A stretch of 64,000 bases of DNA from Lingula anatina (taxonomy: Eukaryota > Animalia > Brachiopoda), in contig CM120643.1 in assembly GCA_051362555.1 (NCBI GenBank), forward strand, positions 13,180,644 to 13,244,643. Direction: 5' to 3'. Both the position numbers and the translations under genes were made by a program. The notes beneath the pieces were generated by a model, which made no database searches, was not told the DNA's origin, and was given only the letters and a program-made list of their open reading frames with translations. Shown piece after piece: positions 14,344 to 27,838 of the stretch (position 1 is its first letter; the number at the start of each line of letters is the position of its first letter).

Positions 14344-15799
14344 GCACTCAGGACCCACGTAGGCCTACGTCGCACTAAGGAGAGAGTGTCTTGTGAAATG
14401 CAAATGTCTTAGAGTTGTTTTGATTTTGTTGTCCATGCGTAAATCTTATGCAAAAGGATGAAACTGACTTGACCTTTGTCAGGAACGAGAAAGTCCCCTG
14501 AGCGTGACACAGAGTTTGGTTCCCATTGAGTTGTACAGGTGATCCTAAATAATAACTCACCTAACCCTAACCTGTATGAATCTGGGCTTGCTGGCTGTTA
14601 CACGGACCACAAGTCCCTTACTACCGGCGCCAAACAATAACCAATATCTACCTGGGATTCTTCAGGGTTGAAACCTTGTAACCACTGGCACCCAAAACGT
14701 TTAAAAATACCTATAGACCAACGAGTCAGTAACTAAGTATTGATATTCACATTTTCTGTTATTATGGGTTGAGTTGATTGCGACAGTTGCACTCATGACT
14801 GCACAACTTACATGTAGTAGCGCAATCGTCCATTGCGTTGTACGTTGTACACAACGGGTTTCAATAGAGTATAAGTTGTCCGTGGAGATAGTTCTTTTGA
14901 TATAAATCAAGCTATATTAATTAATCAGAATAAAAATATCAATAGTTTCATTTAGCTTCATGTAGCTTTTATTTGAGTAGAACATATGAATACAAAATTG
15001 AAAAAGTTGTAAGTCTTAAATAGATCATGACATGGAGCCGATTACAAATCGGATTAGCACATTTTATGTAATTTTAGGAAATATTTGATGGGGAGCTCCT
15101 ACTTTATAATTACTCACGACCCCCACTAAAACAGAAATCATGATCTATCCCACCAAAAGTAATATTAAAAGCTTTCTTGCAAATGTACCGCCAGTGCATA
15201 CTTTGAATATCATATCATATTTTTGTTCTGCTTGCTTTTTTTAATCGTTTTTCTTCTTTTGTCGTGACGATAATGCTGCAACTTTCTTTGCTTCTTCAAT
15301 TCTTGCTGTCTACAGCTTTTTGAGTAAGGCCAAGAAGTAAGGCTTTTTGAGTAACCCCCCCCCCCCCCCCCCCCCGGCTAACACAAAAAGAAATATTGGA
15401 CAGATGAATTAAAAAGACATTTTGTAATGGTCATTAACATCCAACAAGTGATTTAAACTATTTTACATACACTATGGGCTACTCTCTCTCTTTTGTGTTT
15501 TTACATGTATTTTGACATAAACGATACAACACGTATGTATAGTTATATAGACGACGCTCTAACAGAAAAAGACCGCAATCACAACAAAATTGACTCGCGG
15601 ACTATTAGATCCGCGGATAAAATATGACCGATCCACTTGAAAGTTTATTGCTTATTCCCCGCGGGGAATCTATTCTATCTATTACACAGGATTACACAGG
15701 GGAAGGGCTATTTCTTGATGTGGGGTACGCTGTTAGATTGCGGAGAAACACCCCCACGTGTACGCATTGTTTTGGGATTTAACGGTGTGCGTGCGGAAC

Positions 15800-15842
<43 letters not shown>

Positions 15843-15891
15843 GTAGACAAGACATCCATTTGCAAAAGAAGTGAGGAAGAACAAAACTATT

Positions 15892-15963
15892 GGGCTCGTC
15901 TGGGATTTGAACCCGGGACCTCTCGCACCCAAAGCGAGAATCATACCCCTAGACCAACGAGCC
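15892..15963 (-). tRNA. trnP-TGG: tRNA-Pro(TGG)
   Basis: The reverse complement is GGCTCGTTGGTCTAGGGGTATGATTCTCGCTTTGGGTGCGAGAGGTCCCGGGTTCAAATCCCAGACGAGCCC, the canonical 72-nt metazoan tRNA-Pro. The anticodon arm is CTCGC-TTTGGGT-GCGAG, A and B boxes are intact, and a TTTT Pol III terminator lies ~5 nt downstream. There is one C:A mismatch in the T stem. Confidence 0.96.
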
Positions 15964-16757
15964 AGATGCTGCAGTTAGACTAAAGTTGAAATACAGCTTA
16001 TATGTTAATGGTAAAGGTTAATCATATCTGTCATGCGACAAATTTACTTGTACCTGTACATCTGTTATTTAAACTAGACAGTCACGATTTGTTATTAGTG
16101 GGACAGACGACCTTACTATAAGTGCACATCACTGGAATGGTAGTCAGTTAGGAACCGTTGTCCATTCAACAGTTCACTAAATTCAGCCAGGTGTCATTCG
16201 TCACATAGGGACCATTCCCACAGATATTTGGGTCGATCTATTTCCCTCACTAAATTGCTATCAACTCAAATGGATCGATCTAGGTATGGGAACCCAGTCA
16301 TAGACTGACGTACAGTGTACATGTACCCCAATGCAACCGATTAACATTAATGCACTTATCACACAGGACCCCCGACTTCCATTACGATAAGCATAGTATA
16401 GGACCACCATAACCACGCGATCAAGATGTGAGGCGAACGAGACAAGGGGTCAACCCATCTACTTTTATCACCATTCATTTTCACAAGCGTAGACTTTTTC
16501 CAGACATTCTCTTTCAAAGAGCACGAGGTGAAAAGCTAATAACAATGAGCTTTGACAGCAATTTGGATCATCATTTTTTCAAAAGCGCACACAGGGCAGT
16601 AAACCCCCCCCCTCCTCAGCGTACGGTTTGTAACCTTGTGAAAATGATGATAAAATGGATGACCCCTAAGAAAGAGAGACGAAATTACCTTGGTTCTTGT
16701 GGTTAACATTTGTTTATCTTTATAACCTTTGTTACAGAGAAGGGGGACAGAATAAAG

Positions 16758-16759
<2 letters not shown>

Positions 16760-16827
<68 letters not shown>
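16760..16827. repeat. (TA)n microsatellite
   Basis: Direct observation. Confidence 0.95.
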
Positions 16828-16832
<5 letters not shown>

Positions 16833-16872
16833 ACTAAAGAGTTGTTGGAGACTCCTTGGATAAACTAAATGC

Positions 16873-16998
16873 ATATATGCCAGAGGCAAGATTAAAATCC
16901 AGCCGGATTTTAAATCCTCCTAGGCGAGATTGAAATCGAAATCTCGTCTTCGTGGATTTAAAATATGCCTGGATTTCAATCTTGCCTGTGACATATAT
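16873..16998. mobile_element. ~125-bp hairpin MITE inserted in the left arm of the large palindrome
   Basis: atatatgccagaggcaagattaaaatccag versus the right-end reverse complement atatatgtcacaggcaagattgaaatccag. It is TA-flanked and absent from the right arm. Confidence 0.8.
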
Positions 16999-17742
16999 AC
17001 ATTGTACCTGCACACCTTCTAGTCCTCAAGAATCTTGCTCTGCTAGTTAGCAATAATCTAATTCATGGGCATAATTTACTAAAAAATTCGAATATTCGCC
17101 AGCTTCTACATGCTATTGAACTTAGATCAAAGGGAAATACGCTCACATAATCGCAACTTTGAGGTACTTGACACTGGCACTGGTTCGAAAACTCCATTTT
17201 AAATAAATTATGGAATTGAAAATAGAATTTAACATTGACGGATCGAGCAACGCTTTGTGAGTAGTAGAAATGGCTTCTTGCCCCAGGAGTGGTAAATTCG
17301 CTCAGAGTTGCTATAAGCAATAGAAAAGACAATGCAGTACATGCAAAGGACTGCATGGCGTGTACGTACATGCACTGTAAATGATACAACAACCGGAAGT
17401 ACCACTCTCCTTGCCAGACATATCAAAATAACATGAATGCGTGAGAAATAAAGAAATTCAGTCGACATTTCATGTCGTTATTTTAAATCCGCAGTGGTTA
17501 AACACAATCATGAAAGAAATTTAAACCAAATCTTGGCGGTTAAGTATGAAAAGTGTCACGAAGGTGGGCCTTGTGTTTGAATGCCAGTATGCTTTACTAA
17601 TGTCACCTTGAAAATTGAGGCGTGGTCTTTTTAGATAATAAACATAATAAGAAAGTGTATTCATTCTGACATTAACGGGCGAAATGTTGTCGGGATCAAA
17701 ACGATTCAACAGGTTGGTCATTGATTCTATCCCAAATTTTCA

Positions 17743-17745
<3 letters not shown>

Positions 17746-17806
<61 letters not shown>
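17746..17806. repeat. (TA)n microsatellite in the palindrome spacer
   Basis: Direct observation. Confidence 0.95.
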
Positions 17807-17810
<4 letters not shown>

Positions 17811-18226
17811 CTGAAAAGTATCGTTCAAAGGGATTTAAACACGTTTAGGGGGATCTATGCGTTAGGAAATTTGCCTTATGTCAACCTGTGCTACGGGTGT
17901 AGGCCGTCAAGGAGAGGGAGCAGTTGCAAAATTTATTTGAAGGGATCTTTTTAAAACTTTTATAGTATTTAACTTTCTTCGTTCCAAACCTGTGTTGCGT
18001 TCTACCGTAACTATTCACACACAACATTATGGTTTTGCCTTATGGATTCTAACATTTTCCCATCTATTCATACACGACATTATAGTAGTGCCTTACGGAT
18101 TCTAACAATTTTTCCATCTATGCATACAGAGAACACAGTTTCCAGGCTGTCAGAGGAAGTTTTACAAGAAAAAATTTTGAAATCGTTTTTGATCCCGACA
18201 ACATTCTAAGAGATTCGCCCCGTTAA

Positions 18227-18275
<49 letters not shown>

Positions 18276-19639
18276 TTCTTATTATGTTTATTATCTAAAA
18301 AGACTACGCCTTCATTTTCAAGGTGACATCAGTAAAGCTTACTGACATTCAAACACAGGGTCCGCCTTCGCCAAACTATTCATACTTAACCGCCAAGGCC
18401 TGATTAAAGTTTCTTTCATAATTGCGTGTTGCCACTGCGTATTAAAACGACATGCAATGTCGATTGATTTCTTTCAGTTCTCACGCATTCATGTTGTTTT
18501 GATATTTGTCCGTCAACAAATGTAGCACTTCCGGTTGTCGAATCACTTACAGTGCATGCAAGCAATGCAGTCCCTTGCTTGTCTTTTCTCTTGTTTCAAG
18601 CTATCTGAGCGGATTTAAAAAGCAAAAATGAAGTTCTTGGGGCAAAAAGCAATTTTCTCCCACGAGAAATGCTCGACCTGTCCCGTACTTCGATGTTTTA
18701 TTCTATTTTTGATTTCATACATGTAATTTACTACTTCCCGAAAGAATTTTCAAACATGTGCGCGCGCAGAGTGCCTTAATGGTGGGATTATGTGACCTTA
18801 TTTCTTTCTGATCTGAGTCCAATGTTATCATGTTAAAGAAGCTGACGAATACTCTAAGTGTTTTGAAATAAGTACATGTAAACTATGTCAATGAATAAAA
18901 CTATTAAAACTAATTAGTACTGAAAGTTCCTCTTAGGGCTGAAAATACGCAGTTACAAATACAGGTACATGTATATGCAATAACTTTATCTAAGGAGTCT
19001 CAAACAATTCCTTGCATTGGATTATTATCTCAAGACATTAATTAAATTGCTCTCTTCATTGTCTATTCTTTGTAACAATAGTTCTAAAGATGAACAAATG
19101 TTTACCTCAAGGTCATTGGTAATTTCGGGTCTCTATCTTATCTCTTGCTTCAAACAGCTTGATCAGCCGTTGTGATAGGAATGGCTGTCCTATATAAATA
19201 GGGGACGGACTTTTTTTTACACGGACCCTCAGTTTCGTTACACCGGTACAGCTATATCGCTGAACCATACCTCGTGTTTCAAAAAGGCCCTTATTCAACA
19301 TGACTTGATGAAAGAGGTATTGGGCCAGGAAGCCATTTTGATCTCTCCACAAGCTTTTTGTTAAAAAATACATAAAAGCATAATCAACAGTAAGCCAATT
19401 ATAGCTGGTTTTAGTTTATCTTTCGCGAATGTGCTTTGATGATGCTAACCATTTTCCCCTTGACAGCATAATAACATGTTACACCCAAAAATCAATTATT
19501 TTCAAACGAGTACAAATATATAAAAATAATGAAAAATAAGCTAATTTTATGCAATTTTTCATTAATGATTTATTTTAGAAATATTGGATTTGATGACTTT
19601 AAAATGGTGTTCCATCAGTTGTGGATAATTATGTAAATA

Positions 19640-19920
19640 AAGAAGCCTAATAAAATGATAAAGTCGCTTGGTAGTAAAATAAAGGTTAAAAAATACCACC
19701 ATGGTGGACTGAAGATATAGAAACTTAAAATGCACCAGGTAAGGTAAGCAATGAAAGGCACAGGGCAATTGTAAGGAGAGGATATACGATCAAACCGACA
19801 CATGTTTATAAAGATTGTTCGGGCTAATGTTTCCGAAGGGAGTAGGATGGAAAGTTATATTGAATCTGACACTTGGGTCGAACATTTTAAAGGTCTTTTG
19901 AAGCAGGAAGTCGATATCGG
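19640..19920 (+). mobile_element. degenerate LINE ORF2 fragment (endonuclease-RT linker region)
   Basis: Frameshifted translations give KIPPWWTED and IESDTWVEHFKGLL, resembling the PW(W/F) and WxxHFxxLL linker motifs of non-LTR ORF2 proteins. Confidence 0.4.
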
Positions 19921-22900
19921 TAAAAATCAAAGTAAAGAAGTAGGCTAAAGCTGCAGTGGATGTACTGGTACATGGCGGAATTTGCAAACATTGCACTACG
20001 GACTGAATGCCATATTTTTAATGTGATGAAATAGTGCTCCGATGAAATTAATAGCTGTACACGTACCATGTCCTTAGTTTATAGTGTCAGGCAAGGTCCT
20101 TGGGCATTGGTCAAGTTTGAACAGGCAACTATATGTCTTTATGTCAACGTACAGGTAGATAATGTGAACCACTTGATGGTCAATCTGTACTATTTATTCA
20201 TTTCACTGGGATAATGTTTGTGAAATTGTCATGTTATATATGATATGAATTAAAACATACTGTGTGCACGATTCGTGGGTTATACGGACTCTATGTCATT
20301 GTATGTTTAAATGATCAACCAACTTCTTGTAATAACGAAACAAAGTGTCAGATGGTTTCTGTCTGATATAAAGGCCTATTAATGATGCTTTGTAATTTAG
20401 TACTTGTTGATGTTGTTGCTGTCGTAAGAGAAGCCAAAACTCAGCTTTTCGTAAAGATATGTATAATTATTTGCAAAGGTGTTCCTGATTCTGAACTTAG
20501 CTCCAGGTTATCAGTTGAGTTTACTTGTCTGTTTGTCAGCCTGCAAGTTCCTAAGAGAATGAACACATGCTATACTTTTTTCGTTAGTCATTTCGTCCAA
20601 AAGTGATTTAATATCGACGTCATTATCAACATCAAAAGGCTGATGTTTGTAATTGATAGAGAGCTACTTCGTATCAGAATGCACTTCAAGCCCATGCAAG
20701 ATGTCAGGGATGTCTCTATGTATGTAATTTGTACTTCACTATATTCTCTACGACTCTGATAATTGATTAAATGTGTTGTTTAAATAACAGAAGCACGTGT
20801 TTTTCAATGTGAGTCGAGAGAAAGAAGTAAGTGGTAATTATCTTTGGTGATGTATCATTGTTTATTTATAGTTATGTAAATTGGCAGCCGGGTTTCGCTG
20901 TATAGCATGTAATACTTAGAATAATCACAGGAAGGACTTACTAATCATCTTTCGTGACGACAATTGTAGCCGTAGTTTTAAGGTTCCTGTTGCCCTGCGT
21001 GTTGCTCCATGTGCTGCGGTTCTCAAATTTCCACCCTGTCGGTGTATGGAGTGAGATTGCAATGTAGTATCGCAATGGTTGCCGTGCAAATTTGTGTACT
21101 GGAGTAATCTGTTTTGCAACCTTTGCGGCTTTCCTTATTAAGGATTTAAACCAGCTAACAAAAGTGGTGTCATGTTATCATGGTGAAAGTCAGCTACACT
21201 GTATCATATTACCAAATAGCGTGCTTTAGCCGTTACGAAACGCACGGATTGCGTGTTTCTTCGTAAAAGTTAGTCATGCAAATGAATAACGCATTAGACA
21301 ATTATGTTAGCTGTTGGTGTAGTTTGTATGAAAAATAAATGTAAGTAATATTGAACGCGTCTAAGATTTGCGCATCAACTTTTTGCTAAATGATTTTGAA
21401 ATAAATTGGGACGTAGCTTACTGTTGGCCATCAGTTTTAGTATCTAATGACCCTGAAGCCATAACCCGGCTAAAAAATTCCATTGCTTTAAATACCATCC
21501 CAAGAAAAAATAAATAATCATAGAATGATAAAAAGATTAAATGTATCCTTGTTCCAAATGTTTCACTTCTTAGTAAATCTCGTAATGGTGAAAATGAAAT
21601 GAAAATGAAAAACTTAAAACTCGAAGACATGTTTATAGAGTGTCAATTTTCTCAACCACAATTTCGGATAAGATATACATTTACCTCATCGATCCAGGAG
21701 AACTTGATAAAATTTCCAAGAAAAATATCGATAGACTAAACCACGGCGTGCCTTAAAGCCGTTAACACGATATACAGCATTTTAGGTGTAAATAAGACTT
21801 TAAAACTTCCAGGTGCGCGAACATGTACAGGTAAATGCACGTTAGGTATAACGTGTTTGGAGTTTTGAGGCTTTGCCACTAATAGGCCCAACACTCGAAT
21901 GTTCTTTCCCGTAAACTTTTCTAGAGAAATTATTTCCTTATGGATAAAGCAACAAAGCGAATCGAGTTTGCTACTTGTGGGACATACAGCATTTTTCAAA
22001 ATGGTCCTAATTCGTAAGGTGGGAGTAGAAAAACGGCCATTATAAATATTTTTATTTATTGTTCCAGTGAACGTTTAACCTATCAGATTATCACAATAGG
22101 ATTGCTAATTACATCATAATGCGATAATATTCATAACACATATTAAAGAAAGTATAACTTTTTTCTCTTTCTACTATAATCAGTCTAACCAATTGCAAAA
22201 TCATGCACATCTTTTATACATGTACCTGTAGCTCTTTTCACTGTGATTTGTCGTAAGCCTCGAAACTAAGCCAGCAGACTGACACTGAGCTAGGCGGGGC
22301 TGTAAGCATCGCTCCAGTTGCCGTGACAACGCAGATAAAAAATTGAAATTTCACAGGAGAAATAAATATTCCAAATATAATAAGTACTGACCAGTTTTTC
22401 AATGTTTTACTTAACTTTTTTCAACTGAAAGACTACACCATCGAAAACTCAAAACAATATGAGACGGAGGCCAATACTTCATAATATTGTTTGAATTTCA
22501 CGATTTTTACTACTTTGAAATCAGGTTAAGTGATAAGTGAGAAATGACATGTATTTGAAGATTTTTAAAATTATTATTGATGATGAAGCAGATACGTCAC
22601 TGTGAAGCCATAGCTGTCGAAACAGAAATTTTGTTACATGCGTCATTAAACTTTATTAAACATTATAAACTTTATTTCTTTTGTTGCGCCACACATAAAG
22701 CTAAGATATATTTCAAGACTTTGGTCTAAATGTCAAAATACAAAATGCACATACATGTGTAGGCAGTACACATCCTCTTTCACCATGGGACTGAAAATCA
22801 AGAGGATTTTCACCTTTTTCACTATGTAAAACATGATTTTTAAAAAGCAATTTAAGATATCAGCAATGCAAAATATTCAAAATGGCCTCCCAGTAAGTAA

Positions 22901-23119
22901 AAGTTATAACCGAGGATTTGAGGACAACATTTGGCATAAGTTTCCCTTTGTTAAATGTATATGTACATATTTCTTTGATGCTACTAAGTCCTGCCCCGGA
23001 TTGTGTTGCAATTTAGCATTATGGCACAATTCATTATGTTAACTAGTATTATTAATATGTAATTATCTAACAAGGTGTAATAAAGTATTATTATGCATGT
23101 ATGTAATCTGGTAATATTA

Positions 23120-23570
23120 TGCAATTATCTTATAAGGATGCATTGTCCACAACATTCCAGTAGCACGATAACCATGACGTTAGTCACGCATGGTTCTAGA
23201 TCAATATCCAATTTGAAGTAGTACCATAAATCTTCAAAATGTTGTCTAAGTCTGATATGCATCTGTTTCCGCTCCTCACGTCTCACAAGAAACTGAAAAA
23301 TTATTGGAATGTTTTGTTGGAGTTGTTTCCTTGATATTTCGTCGGAAATAATTACCGACATACATGTTTTGCAACGTGCAAAAACGAACTTGAAGATTCA
23401 TCCTACCTTTCAGTTACTATAGTATATCTCAGATGAAACCATGATTCTATTCCTTCCTCGTTTCAGAATCAAATACTAAAGGGATGTTGGAACTGAATGA
23501 AGTGGCTAATAACTCCTACGTCTATTGCTTTATTTGTGAGGACTCTTGCCGTATCATCTCGGGTCGAAGA
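23120..23570 (-). mobile_element. possible degenerate PIF/Harbinger transposase fragment
   Basis: The minus strand gives DDTARVLTN (cf. HDARV) followed by RLRQHFEDLWYYFKLDIDLE...VIVLLECC (cf. RLKxRFxxL..KLD...IxACC). Several stops and frameshifts are present. Confidence 0.3.
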
Positions 23571-24855
23571 AGACAATGTATTTAGTCTAAAATTTAAATT
23601 TAAAGGCTTTCACATCAAGGGTCCTCAAAGTTAATTCGTGAGTGCTCGAAAATGACTAGTATAAACTTTGTTCCCTGCTTAAGAAAATATTATCTACAGT
23701 ATATGAACCCCTTTTTCGACTCTTAGTTGCCAACCTTACTGTACATGTTTGATTGTACTTTTGCCAATCACTTGTATATATTATTTATCTTGGTGTTTAA
23801 GGGCAATCGGTGAAATTTATAGAAAAAAAACTTACTTTGGTAAATAAAGGCCCAATGCACATTGTATGCATTTAATGACAGAAAAGAAAAGCGAGAGATA
23901 TATATATACAAACTGAATTGTTTTTACCAGCAAAGAATAACCATACGTTATGCCACGTGAAACTGATCAATCGCGTATGACAATCTTAAAAGAATAAAAC
24001 GCAGTTTAGAACAAATGAAAACAAACCGACCTACGTACGTATATAGTAATCATCTAAGTGTATCACCTAACACATATTTACGAGTTCCCATGCATTTTTG
24101 TCAACGAGCCGGATCAAATGCAATAAAATAACACTTTGATCTCAGTGGTTAGCTTTTAATAAGTCCACCTTCTGTCAATATCTATTACTAATAGCGATAG
24201 GGGTTTGATTATCAGAACGATAGAAAAAAAAACAGCACAAGTTGAACGCTTAAGTCCAACAAATGGTGCAGTGCAAAGTTCCCTATTTTGCCACCTCGGC
24301 GCCATTGTCCTTTGCCACCTTAATGATTGTGCTCAGTGTGTGAGTGGAGGAGAAATTGGGCTATAAATCACGGGTTTCTCATCCGCTAGACGCTCCTTCC
24401 GTTTACTAGAGCGTTTAATCATTTATAAACTGGTATTCGGTTTTAGCGGAGAGGGTTCGTCATGCGTCGAACAACGTGAAACAATAAGGCAAAATGTGTG
24501 GCAATTACAAATAAATACAATGGACAAACAAACCGACCTACGCACTAAAACGGCAAACATCCGTCTGAACCACTTAATGTGACTCTTCACTTCTTCCTGT
24601 CTAGGAAATGTAACGCCAGTCTGCTCTTCATGTACCAATTGATGGTATGTTAAATGACCAATGTATCAAATAATCAATTAATGAATTTACTTATTTATAT
24701 CAGAACTAGTGCATTATCATAGGGACTACATCCCAATAAGTGTGATGTTTTCAAACATAACATTGACAATACAATGATGCAAGTTTTAATCAAGCTTGGG
24801 AAAATAAAATAAAAAGTTATTTGGGTTAACCCCCTTCACCCCCTCCCTTCCATGT

Positions 24856-24900
<45 letters not shown>

Positions 24901-25736
24901 TGATATCCCATGGCTAGCATATAAGATTAATGGTTTTGGGTGATCAAGTCGTCTTGGGCTCTTAAGTTACTGTCTAATCTATCAGTATGGGGATGTCATC
25001 TGAACCTGGAAGAGAACACTACAGCACATGTTGTGCTATCTGCCGGTGACGCTGAAGCAACCATCTGAGGATGCAATGTCTTTTTGGGTCCAGACTTTTA
25101 TATATAAAGAGAATGTTTTAGGTTTTGTGTGGTTACGCAAAAAAGACTATAATTTTTTTATCTTGAAATGTTGTCAGTGTGTGTTTCGGGTTTTATTTTT
25201 TAAGGAGGGAATTTTCTTCAATGATTTCCTGGTAACTCCAGGTCAAAACTTTGAAACAGGTCTTGGCAAAAAAATCGGGAATGCAGTTAAGATCTTCTCT
25301 GGTGATCGCTACAAGTAGCTCGTGTTCATCATTCGTCTGTAAGCTTCTGAAGGTCCAAAAGCTAAGAAATACAGGTCATTTCTCTGTGTGTTGATAATTT
25401 GCCTAGCAACGTTTGGTGATGAAGAAGGAATTCAAAGAACGTCATTTGGAAAACGGCATTTATGGAATATCGATACAGTTTGACTTCCAGATTTCATAAC
25501 AGTCTCGTGATTTGCCACATTTAGGAACAAAAACAGACAAAACCACAAATAGCCATCAAACTCAACGTTAATCGTCCATAATAAGCATAATAACCATCAC
25601 GTTGTTGTTAACCGCTCTCTGACCACAAGATGAGCTTGTTGTCTGGTGCAAAATTGTTGTATGGCACCCTATGCGATTTCAAGTATTCAGCGATCACGAG
25701 TTCCTCACCAGGCATACCCTTTGTATTTACCAGTAA

Positions 25737-25975
25737 TGCCCCTATTTCACACAGACCACGAATCCCACGAATCGCCAGGAACTGGCAAATTTCAGGATTC
25801 GTGGTTGAATCGTAATCAGTTCATGAAGTTCTTAACAGATTCGTATATATGCGTAGTCAGTTCTTGCAATTCTTGATCAATCACGAACTGATTACGGTTC
25901 AACCACGAATCCTGAAATTTGTCAATTCCTGGCGATTCGTGGGATTCGTGGTCTGTGTGAATTTAAATAGGGGCA
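25737..25975. mobile_element. PIF/Harbinger (Tourist-like) MITE, 239 bp, TAA target-site duplication
   Basis: TAA|tgcccctatttcacacagaccacgaatcccacgaatcgccaggaa ... ttcctggcgattcgtgggattcgtggtctgtgtgaa(ttta)aataggggca|TAA. Same family as 42112-42803. Confidence 0.9.
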
Positions 25976-27622
25976 TAAGGGCGATTCCACACCTAGGTGC
26001 TGAGTAGTGCACATCCCTATCTACATTACGTTATGCAAGTCAAGCATGGCGTAGACTTACTCCAGATTCCCCACCGAGTAATAACACCCAACCTCCCCCC
26101 ATTATAACCTTCTGCTGCGAGCACCGTTGAGGGTGGGTATAGGGGCGGGGTAGATTCATTACACCAGGTAGTCATATTGGATGTTTTTTCCACCTGGGTA
26201 CATACTTTATTTAAGAAGCCCCCTGATACCAGCTACCATCTGTCAACCCATTCACGTGTCACCCGCGGATGCAGCGTACCTGGATCTGCTATGGAATATT
26301 GCTTTTGAAGTGGAATGTCTGCATCGTACCCATTATCATTATAATCGCACAGTGATGGAACTTGCTTTAATTGGTCAATAAAATAGTTCGGTTTCACCTT
26401 GAACATTCCGTTTAAGAGTTGAAACGACGTGTGCATCTACGAATAGATAAAGTAAGTCGACAAACTTGTGTTCTGGTGTTCCAGGAATCGCACCTATGTC
26501 GTCTTTCACATTGTTCTTGGCACTGCGGTTTTTATGTCGGAGAGTTCTGTGATATTTCTTCACCAACTGACATGTGATTCATTTTGACAACAACAACAAC
26601 AAAAATAATACTAATAATGAAAGTTTAAAATGTTACATATTTCATTTCTTTACACTGTATGTTTATAAAGAGAATATTTTATAGCCATATGAATGACATA
26701 AAATTGCATTAAGAGTTACATTAACTTCTACATAGATTACCAAGTTTGCCAGGTGTGTTGAATGATGGGGGTCTTTTTGCATAGCCATAATACATGTATA
26801 TTATCACCACATTTTTACATATTTATTCACAGTTTTAAGAATGATTTCTTACAAGCATGAAAACCACTACAGATTATTTATGTATTTTACTTCAGACAGT
26901 AGACAATAAACTTTATCTTGTGAAAATGTCCAAATTTACCGATAGTCAAGGAATTCAAGCATTGTGTCAAGGTGTGTCTCCTAAAATGGGATTAGGTGCC
27001 CACTGTTAGCACGAAAAGGGGTGATTCATTAAGACAGAGCTGTTATACGTATTTTAGAAGACTACATGTACAGCAGATTAATCTTAATTTTTCCAGGCTA
27101 TTTTGTTGGACTCAAAAAAGATTTCAACACTCAAGACTGTCGCTACCTGGAGTGTTCAAATGTAAATACATGAATGTGGACCTAAACAGGCGTGGATGTC
27201 AGTTATTTTGGCTTTTTTTCGCGTTAATGAAGATAATGATTTTGCAGCATTTTGCTTTTTGACTTATACAGTGATCAAAGTGACAAATTAAAATTGTCTC
27301 GGACGCCTTAAATCCAGATTAATTTATTGAGAAAAAGCCTCATTAAATTAGGTTGCGTAGATGTAACATTTACACCAACATTCAAAATTTAACGTGTGCT
27401 TATACTGTTTATCAAAGAGCCCTGGGTAAATTCTTAAGGCGTTTTTCTACGTATATCTTATTTAATTGAATTCCCATTGCAGTCGGACTGAGACACAGAT
27501 ACATGCACAGCATCATTCAACTAAGGTTCAGCAGAACGGGCTGAGGGACGGGCGGGCTGACAGACTGACTTACAGACAGACAGGCAGATACACAGAGCCA
27601 GTCAGATATAACAAAATTTAAG

Positions 27623-27838
27623 GTACTAGCTAGATCAATCTAACTGCTCGGGGATTGTCGCTAAATTGCATTCAGTTTAAGCGGCCTAAATGTCTGGCAA
27701 GCCCCCCCCCCCCCCCCCCCACCCAACCTTTCTGGTCCGCGATGTAAATGTTCATGTCTGCGAGGGGGCGTGCCAGACAATTCAGCTGAAAACACTGACT
27801 ATGCTTTGGTGAGAATCCCCCGCTGATCCTGCTAGTAC
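27623..27838. mobile_element. old hairpin MITE (GATCGATC family)
   Basis: Nested inverted pairs gtactagc/gctagtac, ggggatt/aatcccc and tgtctggca/tgccagaca. The internal sequence aligns to 51190-51270 and 31050-31105. Confidence 0.6.

Larger units (their letters stand above)
16667..19140. repeat. large diverged inverted repeat (arms ~16667-17710 and ~18178-19140, ~470-bp spacer)
   Basis: Collinear reverse-complement matches run along both arms. Examples: gttgtcgggatcaaaacgatt / aatcgtttttgatcccgacaac; taatgtcaccttgaaaat / attttcaaggtgacatca; ggagactccttggataaa / tttatctaaggagtctc; aacatttgtttatcttta / taaagatgaacaaatgtt. Confidence 0.88.

Noticed and set aside
14560-14573. cctaaccctaacc telomere-like repeat
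   Set aside because: Only two units, a common motif within invertebrate repeats; not an interstitial telomere.
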